64,000 nt of DNA from Chloroflexota bacterium (GTDB lineage: Bacteria > Chloroflexota > Limnocylindria > QHBO01). The DNA lies in NCBI GenBank assembly GCA_040002615.1, contig JBDUEE010000003.1:9671-73670 (forward strand), written 5' to 3'. Positions 48,063-57,149 of the stretch are shown here, piece by piece. Under the pieces are notes generated by a model. That model searched no databases. It was not told where the DNA came from and saw only the letters and a list, made by a program, of their open reading frames with translations. The position numbers and the translations under genes were made by a program. Within the stretch, counting starts at the first letter, position 1. Every line of letters begins with the position of its first letter.

Positions 48063-48750
48063 GCGCATCGTCCTCGTCGGACTGGGCGGCATCGGCAGCC
48101 AGTTGCTGCCGAGCCTGGTCCGCTACGTGGCCTTCCGGCCCGAACCGCGCCCGATGCTGGTGCTCGTCGACGGCGACGCCTACGAGCCGGGCAACCGGAC
48201 GCGGCAGGTCTTCCCCGAGAGCGCCATCGGTTCCAACAAGGCCGAGGCCTTGGCCGAGGTGTATCGGGGCCTGACGGTGCAGGGCATCGCCGACTACCTG
48301 ACGGAGGCGAATGTCGCCACGGTGATCCGTGACGGCGACGCCGTCCTGCTGGCAGTCGACAACCACTGGACCCGTTTCGTGGTCGATCGGCACCTCGCCA
48401 CCTTGGACGAGGTGACGCTCATCAGCGGCGGCAACGACGAGACGGACGGCAACGTCCAGCTCGTCCGCCGCCGGGGTGGTGAGTTCGTCGACGGCAGCCT
48501 GGCCGAGATCCACGTGGAGATCGGTCGGGCCACCGAAGCCGAGTTCGCGGCCCGCGATGGCTGCGAGCGGCAGATCGAGGAGCGACCCCAGTTGGTGGTC
48601 ACCAACCTGATGGTGGCCTCCGCGATGCTCAACTGCCTGTGGGCGGTGCTCGAGCGCGGCAGCGTGTCCTACTCCGAGGTGTACCTCGACGTGATCGCGA
48701 ATGCGATGAGATCGCGCTCATGGTTCCGTCAGAGGCAGCCTGGGGCGTAG
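48055..48750 (+). CDS. ThiF/MoeB-type E1-like activating enzyme (BilD-like)
   Basis: IVLVGLGGIGSQLL Rossmann GxGxxG, ...DGDAYEPGNRTRQ..., 231 aa; overlaps JAB gene by 8 nt. Confidence 0.6.
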   Translation: MPERIVLVGLGGIGSQLLPSLVRYVAFRPEPRPMLVLVDGDAYEPGNRTRQVFPESAIGSNKAEALAEVYRGLTVQGIADYLTEANVATVIRDGDAVLLAVDNHWTRFVVDRHLATLDEVTLISGGNDETDGNVQLVRRRGGEFVDGSLAEIHVEIGRATEAEFAARDGCERQIEERPQLVVTNLMVASAMLNCLWAVLERGSVSYSEVYLDVIANAMRSRSWFRQRQPGA

Positions 48751-48842
48751 GGCGGTTACCTCACAAGGTGAGGACCTGGCCGGGGAGGCGCCATGCGGCG
48801 CTCCCCGGCCGATCCAACCCAACACACACAGAGAACGATGCG

Positions 48843-50060
48843 ATGAACGGTCCGGCCCTGGCGCGACAACCGAATCCACTCCCCAACCCGTTCCGACCTG
48901 GGAACGGGGTCCCGCCACCCCACCTGGCCGGACGCGACCAGTTGCTGGCTAATTTCGAGGACTGGCTGCTCGAGGGGCCACCGCTGCACGCCAACTGGGC
49001 GCTGACCGGCCTGCGCGGCACAGGCAAGACGGTGCTGCTCGGCGAGTTTGCGACGAGAGCCGAGCGCGCCGGCTGGCTGACCCTTCAGCGCGAGCTCGGC
49101 GACCGTCACCGCGACGACATCCGACTGGCTGAAGCCATCGCAGAGGACTGCGACGCGCTGATTGGCCGCGCCGACGCCCTCGCAGCCGTCGGACAGGCGA
49201 TCGGGAGCGGCGCCCGCTGGCTGCGGCCGCGCCGGATCAGCATCGGCGAGGTCAGCGTCGACCCAGCGTATGCATCGCAGGCGCGCGCGCCCACGGACCT
49301 CATGCGTACGGCGCTCGCCCAGCTCGACTCGATCCTCAGCCACGCCGAGCGACCGGGTGCCATCCTCCTATACGACGAGGCCTACCTCCTCGCTGACGAC
49401 CGCGGCCGGGAACGCTTCCCGTTGTCCGGCCTGCTCGCCGCCCTCGGCGCGGTGCAGCGCCAGCGGCCACGCGTGCGGATCGTCCTCTGTGGGCTGCCCA
49501 CCCTGAGCCTCAACCTCAAGCGCGCTCGGACGTACGCCGAGCGCATGTTCCGTCACGCCGTGGTTGGCAACCTCGAGCTCGATGCGGCCGAGGAGGCGCT
49601 GGCCATTCCGCTGGCCGCCAGCCGACGCAGCTTCGGGCTGTCGCTCATCACCGAGATCGTGGAGCAGACGGCGGGGTATCCCTACTTCCTCCAGTTCTTC
49701 GCTGCCTTCGCCTGCAGCCGGATCGGGCTTGAACACATCGAGCTCGCGGACTACCAGCGGGTCGAGTCGGCGCTGCTCCACGAACTCGACCTCGCATTTT
49801 TCGAAGATCGCTTCGAGGGTGCTCCGCCAAGCGAGCAGGTCCTGCTATTGGCGATGGCGCGGGCGGGCGGGCGGGTCGGCCTGGCACGGCTCGGGACTGA
49901 GATACCCGTTGGCCTCAACGTGCCGGTCGGCCTGCGCCGCCTGATCGACCGCGGACTGGTCTACCGCCCGACGCGGGCCACATACGACTTCGCGCTGCCG
50001 CTCTTCGGGCCGTATCTGCGGCGGCGGCCGAAACTAACAAAGTTATCGTCGAGGCGATAA
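48843..50060 (+). CDS. AAA/ORC-like ATPase with C-terminal winged-helix (Arch_ATPase/AAA_16-like), immediately upstream of integrase
   Basis: Walker A LTGLRGTGKTVLL, Walker B AILLYDEAY; 6-bp gap to integrase gene. Confidence 0.55.
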   Translation: MNGPALARQPNPLPNPFRPGNGVPPPHLAGRDQLLANFEDWLLEGPPLHANWALTGLRGTGKTVLLGEFATRAERAGWLTLQRELGDRHRDDIRLAEAIAEDCDALIGRADALAAVGQAIGSGARWLRPRRISIGEVSVDPAYASQARAPTDLMRTALAQLDSILSHAERPGAILLYDEAYLLADDRGRERFPLSGLLAALGAVQRQRPRVRIVLCGLPTLSLNLKRARTYAERMFRHAVVGNLELDAAEEALAIPLAASRRSFGLSLITEIVEQTAGYPYFLQFFAAFACSRIGLEHIELADYQRVESALLHELDLAFFEDRFEGAPPSEQVLLLAMARAGGRVGLARLGTEIPVGLNVPVGLRRLIDRGLVYRPTRATYDFALPLFGPYLRRRPKLTKLSSRR

Positions 50061-50065
50061 TTTCC

Positions 50066-51010
50066 ATGCAGCCCGTCCCGTCAGCCGCGCAGCAGCCTTT
50101 CGACCCGCCACTTGGCGAGTTGATTGCTGACTACGAGCAGTCGCTGCGCGCCGATCGGCACAGCATGCGGACGATCGACTGGTACCTCGCCTTCCTGCGC
50201 GAGTTCTGCTCGTTCGCCCAACGACCCAGCGAGAGTGCCTCGCTTCGACACCTCTCCACCCCGATCGTCCGTCGCTGGCTGGTGGCTTTGGAATCACGGC
50301 CCATACCCCCAGCACCGTCGAGCCTCGCCGGCCGCGTCCGCACCCTGCGCGCGTTCGCCGCGTGGGTGCAGCGCGAGTACGACCTGGAGCAGCATCCCCT
50401 GAGGAGGCTCAAGACACCGCGCGTGCCGCGCACGATCATTCACTCCTTGCGCGACGCTGATGTGGGCGCGCTGCTAGCCGCCGCTCGCCAAGGCAGCCTG
50501 GGGGACCGAGATGCTGCCCTCATCACGTTCATACTCGACACGGGTGTGCGGGTGAGCGAGGTAGCCGGTCTGCGGATGGGAGACGTCGACTTCGAGAACG
50601 CCGTGTGCCGGGTAGTCGGCAAGGGCTCGAAGGAACGACGGGTGCCGGTCGGGCGACGGGCGCGTCGGGAGCTTCGGCGCTACCTGGCTCAGCGCAGGCG
50701 CCCGCCGCCCGACGCTCCGCTATTCATGGCCGAGCACGGCGAGCCCTTGACGCGGTGGGGAATCCAGAAGATCGTGCGTCGCGTAGCACAGCGCGCCGGA
50801 CTCCAGACACGCTGCTCTCCTCACATACTGCGTCACACCTTCGCCCGAGCCTTCCTCACCAACGGCGGAGACGTGTTCTCCCTCCAGCGCATCCTCGGCC
50901 ACAGCCCCGCGTCGCTCGACATCACGCAGCGCTATGTCGAGTTGCTCGACGAGGACCTGCGCGAGGTCCATCGCCGAGCGTCGCCGATGGACCAGTGGCG
51001 GAGCGGTTGA
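50066..51010 (+). CDS. tyrosine site-specific recombinase, XerC/XerD-like (short form, no arm-binding domain)
   Basis: R...HTLRHTFA (CSPHILRHTFARAFL), LGHSPASLDITQRYVEL (catalytic Tyr) motifs; 314 aa. Confidence 0.85.
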   Translation: MQPVPSAAQQPFDPPLGELIADYEQSLRADRHSMRTIDWYLAFLREFCSFAQRPSESASLRHLSTPIVRRWLVALESRPIPPAPSSLAGRVRTLRAFAAWVQREYDLEQHPLRRLKTPRVPRTIIHSLRDADVGALLAAARQGSLGDRDAALITFILDTGVRVSEVAGLRMGDVDFENAVCRVVGKGSKERRVPVGRRARRELRRYLAQRRRPPPDAPLFMAEHGEPLTRWGIQKIVRRVAQRAGLQTRCSPHILRHTFARAFLTNGGDVFSLQRILGHSPASLDITQRYVELLDEDLREVHRRASPMDQWRSG

Positions 51011-51029
51011 GGCGATGTCCTGAGAAGGA

Positions 51030-51118
51030 ATCAGGTCCTTCATGCCCTAGCTGAGACACTCGGCCTTCCAAGCTGAACGGCCTGTGCATTGTGCTCTCCC
51101 GAGTGAGACGCTGAACGT
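51030..51118. repeat. imperfect direct repeat (putative attR) matching 17768-17845, 20 bp downstream of integrase stop
   Basis: gaatcaggt..gagacactcggccttccaagctgaacggcctgtgcattgtgctctcccgagtgagac. Confidence 0.35.
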
Positions 51119-51517
51119 ATCCGGTCAGTTATGCGCTGTGATTCTTTTAGGCGGGATGGAAGTCGGCGACGACCCGCACCATTCCGAAAGGGAGTCGCTT
51201 ACGGGTGCACCTATAAGAATGCGAGCGCAAAATGACTAGAAGCCAGCGCCTATGGTGACTGGCGCATGCGACCGCCGCGGAGTCGTGCCCGAGGAGACCC
51301 GATGGCACATCCGGGTCTTGCTTGTCCGCTCAGCGTGAGCGTGAAACGCGCGGCCAATAGCTCAAGGGGATGATCGGCAGGAGATCGATCGGGCTGCTGC
51401 GGACACGAACAGGCTTCATCTTGAAGCGCTCGGTTCGCGTTCCCGAGCCAGGACGGCCAAGGCGGTTGCTGCGGGCCACGCCAAGAGCGCAGCTTGTGCC
51501 CGAGCCGCCTGGGTCCT

Positions 51518-51835
51518 CTAATTCAGGCAAACTGTCAGCACTTCCCCAGTGATTGCATAGACGTAAATGTACGCGACCGTGTACGGCTCCCGCGATACTG
51601 GCGTGCCATCTTCTCGGATTGGACGGGACCCTTCGAAGGTGATTCCTGATGCGACGAACACCCACATGGGCTGCTTGACGAGCTCCATGCTGTCGTCGGT
51701 TACCTCGCCGAGGTATGCCTCAATGCTGGTCGCTTCGTCGAAATTGGTTGTGTACCGTGCCGTCACCGCATTCCACGCATCGTCTTGACTAACGGTCCCC
51801 TTCGGATCGATCGCCTCAATCGTGAGGCCCGGCAC
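51518..51835 (-). CDS. hypothetical protein (AT-richer codon usage; may be the C-terminal part of a frameshifted gene starting at 51969)
   Basis: ORF 105 aa; upstream minus-strand ORF 51763-51969 has signal-anchor-like MRTERLSLAGYVGTAVIFVAAVALAALALS and overlaps in another frame. Confidence 0.3.
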   Translation of the reverse strand: MPGLTIEAIDPKGTVSQDDAWNAVTARYTTNFDEATSIEAYLGEVTDDSMELVKQPMWVFVASGITFEGSRPIREDGTPVSREPYTVAYIYVYAITGEVLTVCLN

Positions 51836-52188
51836 ATCAGATCCTCAGGATCAGCTGCGCTCACCGAGGCGGATCGGGTACTCAGCGCCAGGGCGGCGAG
51901 CGCGACGGCCGCGACAAAGATCACTGCCGTGCCGACGTAGCCTGCGAGGGATAGGCGTTCTGTGCGCATTTGTCCAATTCCGGAACTGGTTGGTCAGCCC
52001 GTGGTCGTTTCCGTACGGGCTATCGGGCGGGATGAGCGTTATGTTGAGCTGCCACCAACCGTTGTAGTTCGTGTGGTACCGAATGTTGGAGAACAGGAGC
52101 TTACTCGGCGCATTCTCGCCAATTTGGGAACGCTTTGACATGGTCTCGCCTTGTGCAGTCAAATACGGTCCCGTCGAGAATCCGGTTT

Positions 52189-52881
52189 TCACCTCCCGCT
52201 TGACCTGACCTGGCCACCGGCGCTAACGCCCGGATACTCGGGACGGTTCATGAACCCGATGCGGTCGAGTGGGAAGTAGCGTAGCCAGGCCCGACCGATG
52301 ATCAGATCGCGTTCGATGGGACCGAAGGAGCGGGAGTCCTGGCTGTCCGGGCGGTTGTCGCCCATGACGAAGTACTCTCCCTCGGGGACGACCCACTCCG
52401 TTTCGCCGCTACCCCGCGGCAGAGTATCCACTAGGCCGCCGTCCGCCTTCTCGCGAAGGTAGGGCTCCGACAGCTTGATCGGTAGGCCGTACGGCGGGGT
52501 CACGAAGACATCGCCATTTTCCAGCCGAACCGTGTCGCCAGGCAGGCCGATGACGCGCTTGATGAACGGCACGCCGCCCTGCTGCTCGAAGCCGGGCGGA
52601 GGCTGGAAGACGATGATGTCGCCCCGCTCGTACTCCCCGAAGCGGGGCGAGATCTTGTCGATCAGGACGTACTCGTCTGCGAAGATGGTCGACTCCATCG
52701 AGCTCTGCTCGACCTCGAACGGCTGGGCGATGAAGTTGTGGATGAGCAGGTAGATGACGAGGGTCAGGACCAGCGTCTCGACGATCTCTAGCAGACAGCC
52801 GAGCCCGCGACGCGAACCGGTCTGCGCGACCGGCGGCGCGGGCGCAGCGTCGCCGGGCGTCTGCTCCGGCGTGTGGGTCAT
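52189..52881 (-). CDS. lepB: signal peptidase I
   Basis: SMESTI (catalytic Ser box), KRVIGLPGDTV (Lys box), GDNRPDSQDSR motifs; N-terminal TM. Confidence 0.85.
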   Translation of the reverse strand: MTHTPEQTPGDAAPAPPVAQTGSRRGLGCLLEIVETLVLTLVIYLLIHNFIAQPFEVEQSSMESTIFADEYVLIDKISPRFGEYERGDIIVFQPPPGFEQQGGVPFIKRVIGLPGDTVRLENGDVFVTPPYGLPIKLSEPYLREKADGGLVDTLPRGSGETEWVVPEGEYFVMGDNRPDSQDSRSFGPIERDLIIGRAWLRYFPLDRIGFMNRPEYPGVSAGGQVRSSGR

Positions 52882-53039
52882 CAGCGCTCCGAATCAACTG
52901 GTCAGCAGCCCCTTCACAATCATGCTGTATGAGAACCCGTGGCCATCCTGCTGGCAGTGCGCAAATAGTAGCGCTTCCCAAATGCCACTTCGGCTGCTGG
53001 AATCACCCAGCCAGTCGCCACAGCCTCGATCCGTGGATG

Positions 53040-53420
53040 ACGCTTTACGTGGGCTCGCATCCGTCGCGCTTCGCGAGTGGTTGGAGTGGCTGGGCGCTCA
53101 TGAGCGGATCGTGCCAGTCGGCACCACCGCGCGGCAGGCGCTGGCGCGCTACCTGCGCCAGGGTGATGACGCAGCGGGCGGGGTCATCTTCCGCTCGCGT
53201 CGCGGCGGCGCGCTGGGCTGGCGTGGCATCCAGCAGGCCTTCCGGCGCCTCAAGTTGCGGGCCGGCATCCCCGGGCGTTGTAGCCCGCACACGCTGCGTC
53301 ACACCTTCGCGCGGGCCTACCTGGTGAACGGCGGCGACGCGTTCAGCCTGCAGCGCATCCTCGGCCACGCGACGCTGGACATGGTCAAGCGATACGTGGC
53401 GCTGGCGGACACTAGGCGGA
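53040..53420 (+). pseudogene. C-terminal remnant (~130 aa) of a second XerC/D-like tyrosine recombinase, paralogous to 50066-51010
   Basis: ...ERIVPVGTTARQALARYL...CSPHTLRHTFARAYLVNGGDAFSLQRILGHATLDMVKRYVALADT; no N-terminal core-binding domain, no proper start. Confidence 0.6.
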
Positions 53421-53694
53421 CGGCCCCAGCGCGGAACTCGCGCGGGCGAGGGCTTGGGTTTCGGCATCGGTACTCTCACCGCGGGCTCGCGGCGCCTACT
53501 CTCAGGGCGTCCACCGAATCGCAACGCCAAGTGAACGTGGCGACCCCTCTCCTCACTTCCGCCGATCGGGTCTCGCGCGGCCGATGCCGGTCGAAGCGGC
53601 CTACGTGGCGCCGGACATCCGAAATCGGGTATTGACCCTCAACCGCAGACCCTGCCGTCTAAGATGCCCTGCGCCCGTATGAGGCGGGAACCGG

Positions 53695-54648
53695 CTAAAC
53701 GGGACGGCGTCGCTGGACCGTGGCCAGCAGGATGGCCGCCTGTAGCACGAGAACAACTGCCACCGCGGCAGTCTCGACAAGGACGTATTGCGGGTACGCG
53801 CGGCCGGGGACGAAGGCGTAGACGTTCTCGTAGTGGTCTGCCACCCAAGTACCTGGGTCGACGCCGGGCGGGGCGAGAGACAGGGCGACTTCGTCCGGAA
53901 TGACCAAGCCATCCGGTCCTCGGGACATCGTGCCAAGATTGAGCCCGCCCGGGAGGTTGATTGCATCAACTCGCTCAGCGCGATAGTCGACGTTCGCCCG
54001 AAGCCACCAGCTGGTAAGCACGAGACCTGCGGCGATGACCACTGCGACAACCGCCGTTGCCACAATGACCGACGGTAGAGTTCGTCCAATGACGGCTCCC
54101 ACCAGTACCGCCATCAGAAACGCAAATGCGCCACGGAGCACCAAGAGTCCGCCGTGGGCGTCCAAATCGACAAGCGTCTGGCCCGGGTCAACCCACGGCT
54201 GACGAGCGGCCACCAGCAGGTCGGATGCGATTGCGAGGACGGTCAGCAGCGCAACTAGAGCCCCTCCCATCGGTAGCAAGCGGCCTGCGAGCCAGCGCCT
54301 GCGGGAGCCGTCGAGCGACCAGGCGAGTGACGCTGTTTCCGTCTCGATCTCACGGCCAACCAACCCGACACCGAGCAAAATGCCCGCGATCAAGGGGGCA
54401 ACCGTCATCGCCTGCAGGACGGGGACGGCCTCGCTGTTGTCGATGGAGAAGAAGTCTTGAGCGGCGGCACCGCACCCCGAGCCTGGTCCGGGAGTGAGCA
54501 ATCCGGCGAAGCAGGAGGTTGGGACATTCAGGGCGGTGAGATGCTCGCGAACGACTAGCGCTGCGGCCGCGAGGAGCGCGACGATGATCACGACCGAGAC
54601 CAGCTCGAAGCGCTGAAGGCGCCAGGACAGGCGCGCCAGCGTCAGCAT
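53695..54648 (-). CDS. ABC-2-type transporter permease
   Basis: 317 aa, 6 TM helices, directly downstream of ABC ATPase gene with overlap. Confidence 0.55.
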   Translation of the reverse strand: MLTLARLSWRLQRFELVSVVIIVALLAAAALVVREHLTALNVPTSCFAGLLTPGPGSGCGAAAQDFFSIDNSEAVPVLQAMTVAPLIAGILLGVGLVGREIETETASLAWSLDGSRRRWLAGRLLPMGGALVALLTVLAIASDLLVAARQPWVDPGQTLVDLDAHGGLLVLRGAFAFLMAVLVGAVIGRTLPSVIVATAVVAVVIAAGLVLTSWWLRANVDYRAERVDAINLPGGLNLGTMSRGPDGLVIPDEVALSLAPPGVDPGTWVADHYENVYAFVPGRAYPQYVLVETAAVAVVLVLQAAILLATVQRRRPV

Positions 54649-55500
54649 GTACGAGCCCCTTGGCGAGCCGCGTTCAGGTACCCGAGGACAAGATCGTCGA
54701 GCGTCGAATTGCCGCCATCAGATACCCGAACGAGAGAGACGCGAGGCTGGCCCGCGCGCTCGAACGTTGCCACGGCGTCGCCCGCGACTCCGGCATCTGC
54801 CGGTACCAGGGAGTGAGTTGCGCGTGCGTGAGCGATGCTGTCGTGCAACATCACGTGTGCCGGCGCAAGGACAACGACATCGTCGCACACGCCTTCGAGC
54901 TCAGCCACGATGTGTGAAGCAACTACGACTGTGACCCCAGTTTCCGCGACGGACGCCGACAACATCGCGAGGAAATCTTGGCGCGCGATCGGATCAAGGC
55001 TGGACATCGGCTCGTCAAGAATAAGGATCGGCGCGCGCGTGCCGATTGCGATCGCCAACGCAACTTGGGCGCGTTGGCCACCGGAAAGTTCTCCAGCGCG
55101 TATGTCGAGCGAGATGGCCAGATCACGCAACCGGCGGCGTGCGCCCTCGCGGTCAAACCCCGCCCGTAACGCAGACGCCAGTGCAAGATGGTCAGCCACG
55201 CGCAGGTCTCGGTAGAGTGCGGCCTTTTGGCTGACGTAGCCCACGTGCCGCAGTGCGTCCGCACGGCGCCTCCGGGCTTCCATACCCCGGACCAGAGCGC
55301 GGCCTCGGGTCGGCGTCTCGAACCCCATGAACGCTCGAAGGAGGGTCGACTTCCCGGCCCCATTGGGCCCGATCAGAGCGGTTATGGCGCCAGCGCGGAA
55401 CGAGATGTCGATTCCCTCGAGCGCCCATTCATGCCGACCGCGGTACCGCTTCGCCAGCCCGACCGCCACCAGCGGCTCGACCGACACCTCAACCACAGAT
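54642..55500 (-). CDS. ABC transporter ATP-binding protein
   Basis: Walker A GPNGAGKSTLL, signature LSGGQRAQVALA, Walker B ILILDEP, H-loop. Confidence 0.8.
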
Positions 55501-56346
55501 GTGGTCCAGCCGGGAAGACATGCACAAGAGACCGCTTGTAGGCTGAATGACCTTCTCCCGGAGTCCAAACGCGGGGAAGGTATCAGTCCACATTCGCCCC
55601 ATCGGTTGTGCCAGGCTGCGGCTCACCGCTGTGAGATCAGTGGCGTCGATCCAGCGCTCGAGCATGACTATCGGAGGTTCCACCGAGAGCCCTGGCAACG
55701 CGCCCAAGGCGTAGCGCTCCTCCGACACGAGCTGACCCGTGCTTACGTCAATCACGATCCGACCTTGCGCCCTCCCGGTCGATGTCTCGTCTGTCCCTGT
55801 GAAGATCACTAAGTTTCCCCTGTCTTCCACCTCGACACCAGGGACTTGCCGGAGCGCACCAACCACCGCGTGTGTCAGATCCGTGGGTGGGACATTTTCA
55901 TAGAGCAGCAAGGCGACCATGCGTAGCGTATCGGTCGGCTTCGCCCCTCCAGCCGTCATGTCCCCCAGGAGTTCTCGTGGGTCCCGGGACATGCGGTCAA
56001 GACGAACATAGCTGAGTTCGCCGGGACCGAACGAGCGCGAGATCGCCGGCGTGGCCGGGCTTCCCAGCGCCACCCACTCGGCGCGCTCCGTGTCATTCGG
56101 GAAGGTAAGCGAGTCGTCTCGCTCGTCAATCCGCCCAGACCCATCCGGCGCAACCCAGATCTCACGGACGAACGACCGCCGCCCCCACACGGTCCCAGCA
56201 GCGTCAAACGTCACCAACGATGAGCCGTGGCTCAGAGTGTGGCGGATCGGGTCTTGGGGCCGCTGAAACATCAGGATGGCGAGCGCGATCAAACCAAGAG
56301 CCATGAGCAATCCGAGGCCCTTTGCCACGGTGAGCCGCTTGGCCAT
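55489..56346 (-). CDS. membrane-anchored hypothetical protein upstream of ABC exporter
   Basis: MAKRLTVAKGLGLLMALGLIALAILMF signal-anchor, 285 aa extracytoplasmic domain. Confidence 0.4.
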   Translation of the reverse strand: MAKRLTVAKGLGLLMALGLIALAILMFQRPQDPIRHTLSHGSSLVTFDAAGTVWGRRSFVREIWVAPDGSGRIDERDDSLTFPNDTERAEWVALGSPATPAISRSFGPGELSYVRLDRMSRDPRELLGDMTAGGAKPTDTLRMVALLLYENVPPTDLTHAVVGALRQVPGVEVEDRGNLVIFTGTDETSTGRAQGRIVIDVSTGQLVSEERYALGALPGLSVEPPIVMLERWIDATDLTAVSRSLAQPMGRMWTDTFPAFGLREKVIQPTSGLLCMSSRLDHICG

Positions 56347-56424
56347 ATCCTTGCTTATGCAGGCACGACCCTCTGCATCCTGGCACCTTCGCACGGGGTG
56401 GCGAGGGTCGTGCCAGAACCTCGA

Positions 56425-56793
56425 TCAGGGGTACCCGTTCCAGACGGAGCCAAACCGATCGTTCAAGGTGTCTCCAACAAAGGAAATATTCTGATTGGCC
56501 CCGTAATACTTGAGCAAATTGCTGTAGTTGGCCCCATCGTAGAAGTATGCATACTGACCGAGGGTCTTCAGCGACGAGATCATGTCGTTGAAGTCTTCCC
56601 ACGCAAAGATGCCCCACTCCACGTCTCGCAGGTCCGGTTCACTCGTGCACTCGCCACGGGAATGACCGCCGTAGTTCGAGTGCTCGTACATGATGTAGCG
56701 GTCAGGGAAGCACTTGGTTGTCGCGGATGCCGGAAGGGCGATCAATCCGGCGAGCATCAGCAACGACATGAAACCCGCAACGCGCTTTTGCAT
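56425..56793 (-). CDS. small secreted protein, peptidase-inhibitor I36 (SMPI-like, beta/gamma-crystallin fold)-like; encoded in a ~40-45% GC patch
   Basis: MQKRVAGFMSLLMLAGLIALPASA signal peptide; CFPDRYIMYEHSNYGGHSRGEC...FYDGANYSN resembles I36 family pattern (C...YEH.NYGG). Confidence 0.4.
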   Translation of the reverse strand: MQKRVAGFMSLLMLAGLIALPASATTKCFPDRYIMYEHSNYGGHSRGECTSEPDLRDVEWGIFAWEDFNDMISSLKTLGQYAYFYDGANYSNLLKYYGANQNISFVGDTLNDRFGSVWNGYP

Positions 56794-57149
56794 TCCTTCC
56801 TCCTTAGCTATCGGACGCCACATTGCGTGACCTTGAACCAATGGCATGGCAGAGAGGGGACCGGCCTTCCACCTAGGACGCCATCACTACTCGCGCGATA
56901 CCACTCCTGGGCAGTGACCTGGACCTCCGGCGCCTCCTCCGTTGGATGCAGGACACAACCTGACCGACACCCATTGCTGCGCAATGGCAAAACACGCTGC
57001 CCAAGGCCGACATCGTAGGCCTAGCCAAGACACGCGTCAATCGTTCGTTGATTTGCAGGTCCACCATCCATTGAGCAGCTTAGGTACTCAAGGGCCGAGA
57101 AGTGAGGTGGCGCATCGTAACTGGCGGCCCGATGGACGCCACTCGCGGC

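Noticed and set aside
21141-51143. 13-14-bp match ttatgcgctgtga at 21141 and 51131
   Set aside because: Too short to distinguish from chance in a 64-kb GC-rich window; mentioned only as a possible extra regulatory similarity.
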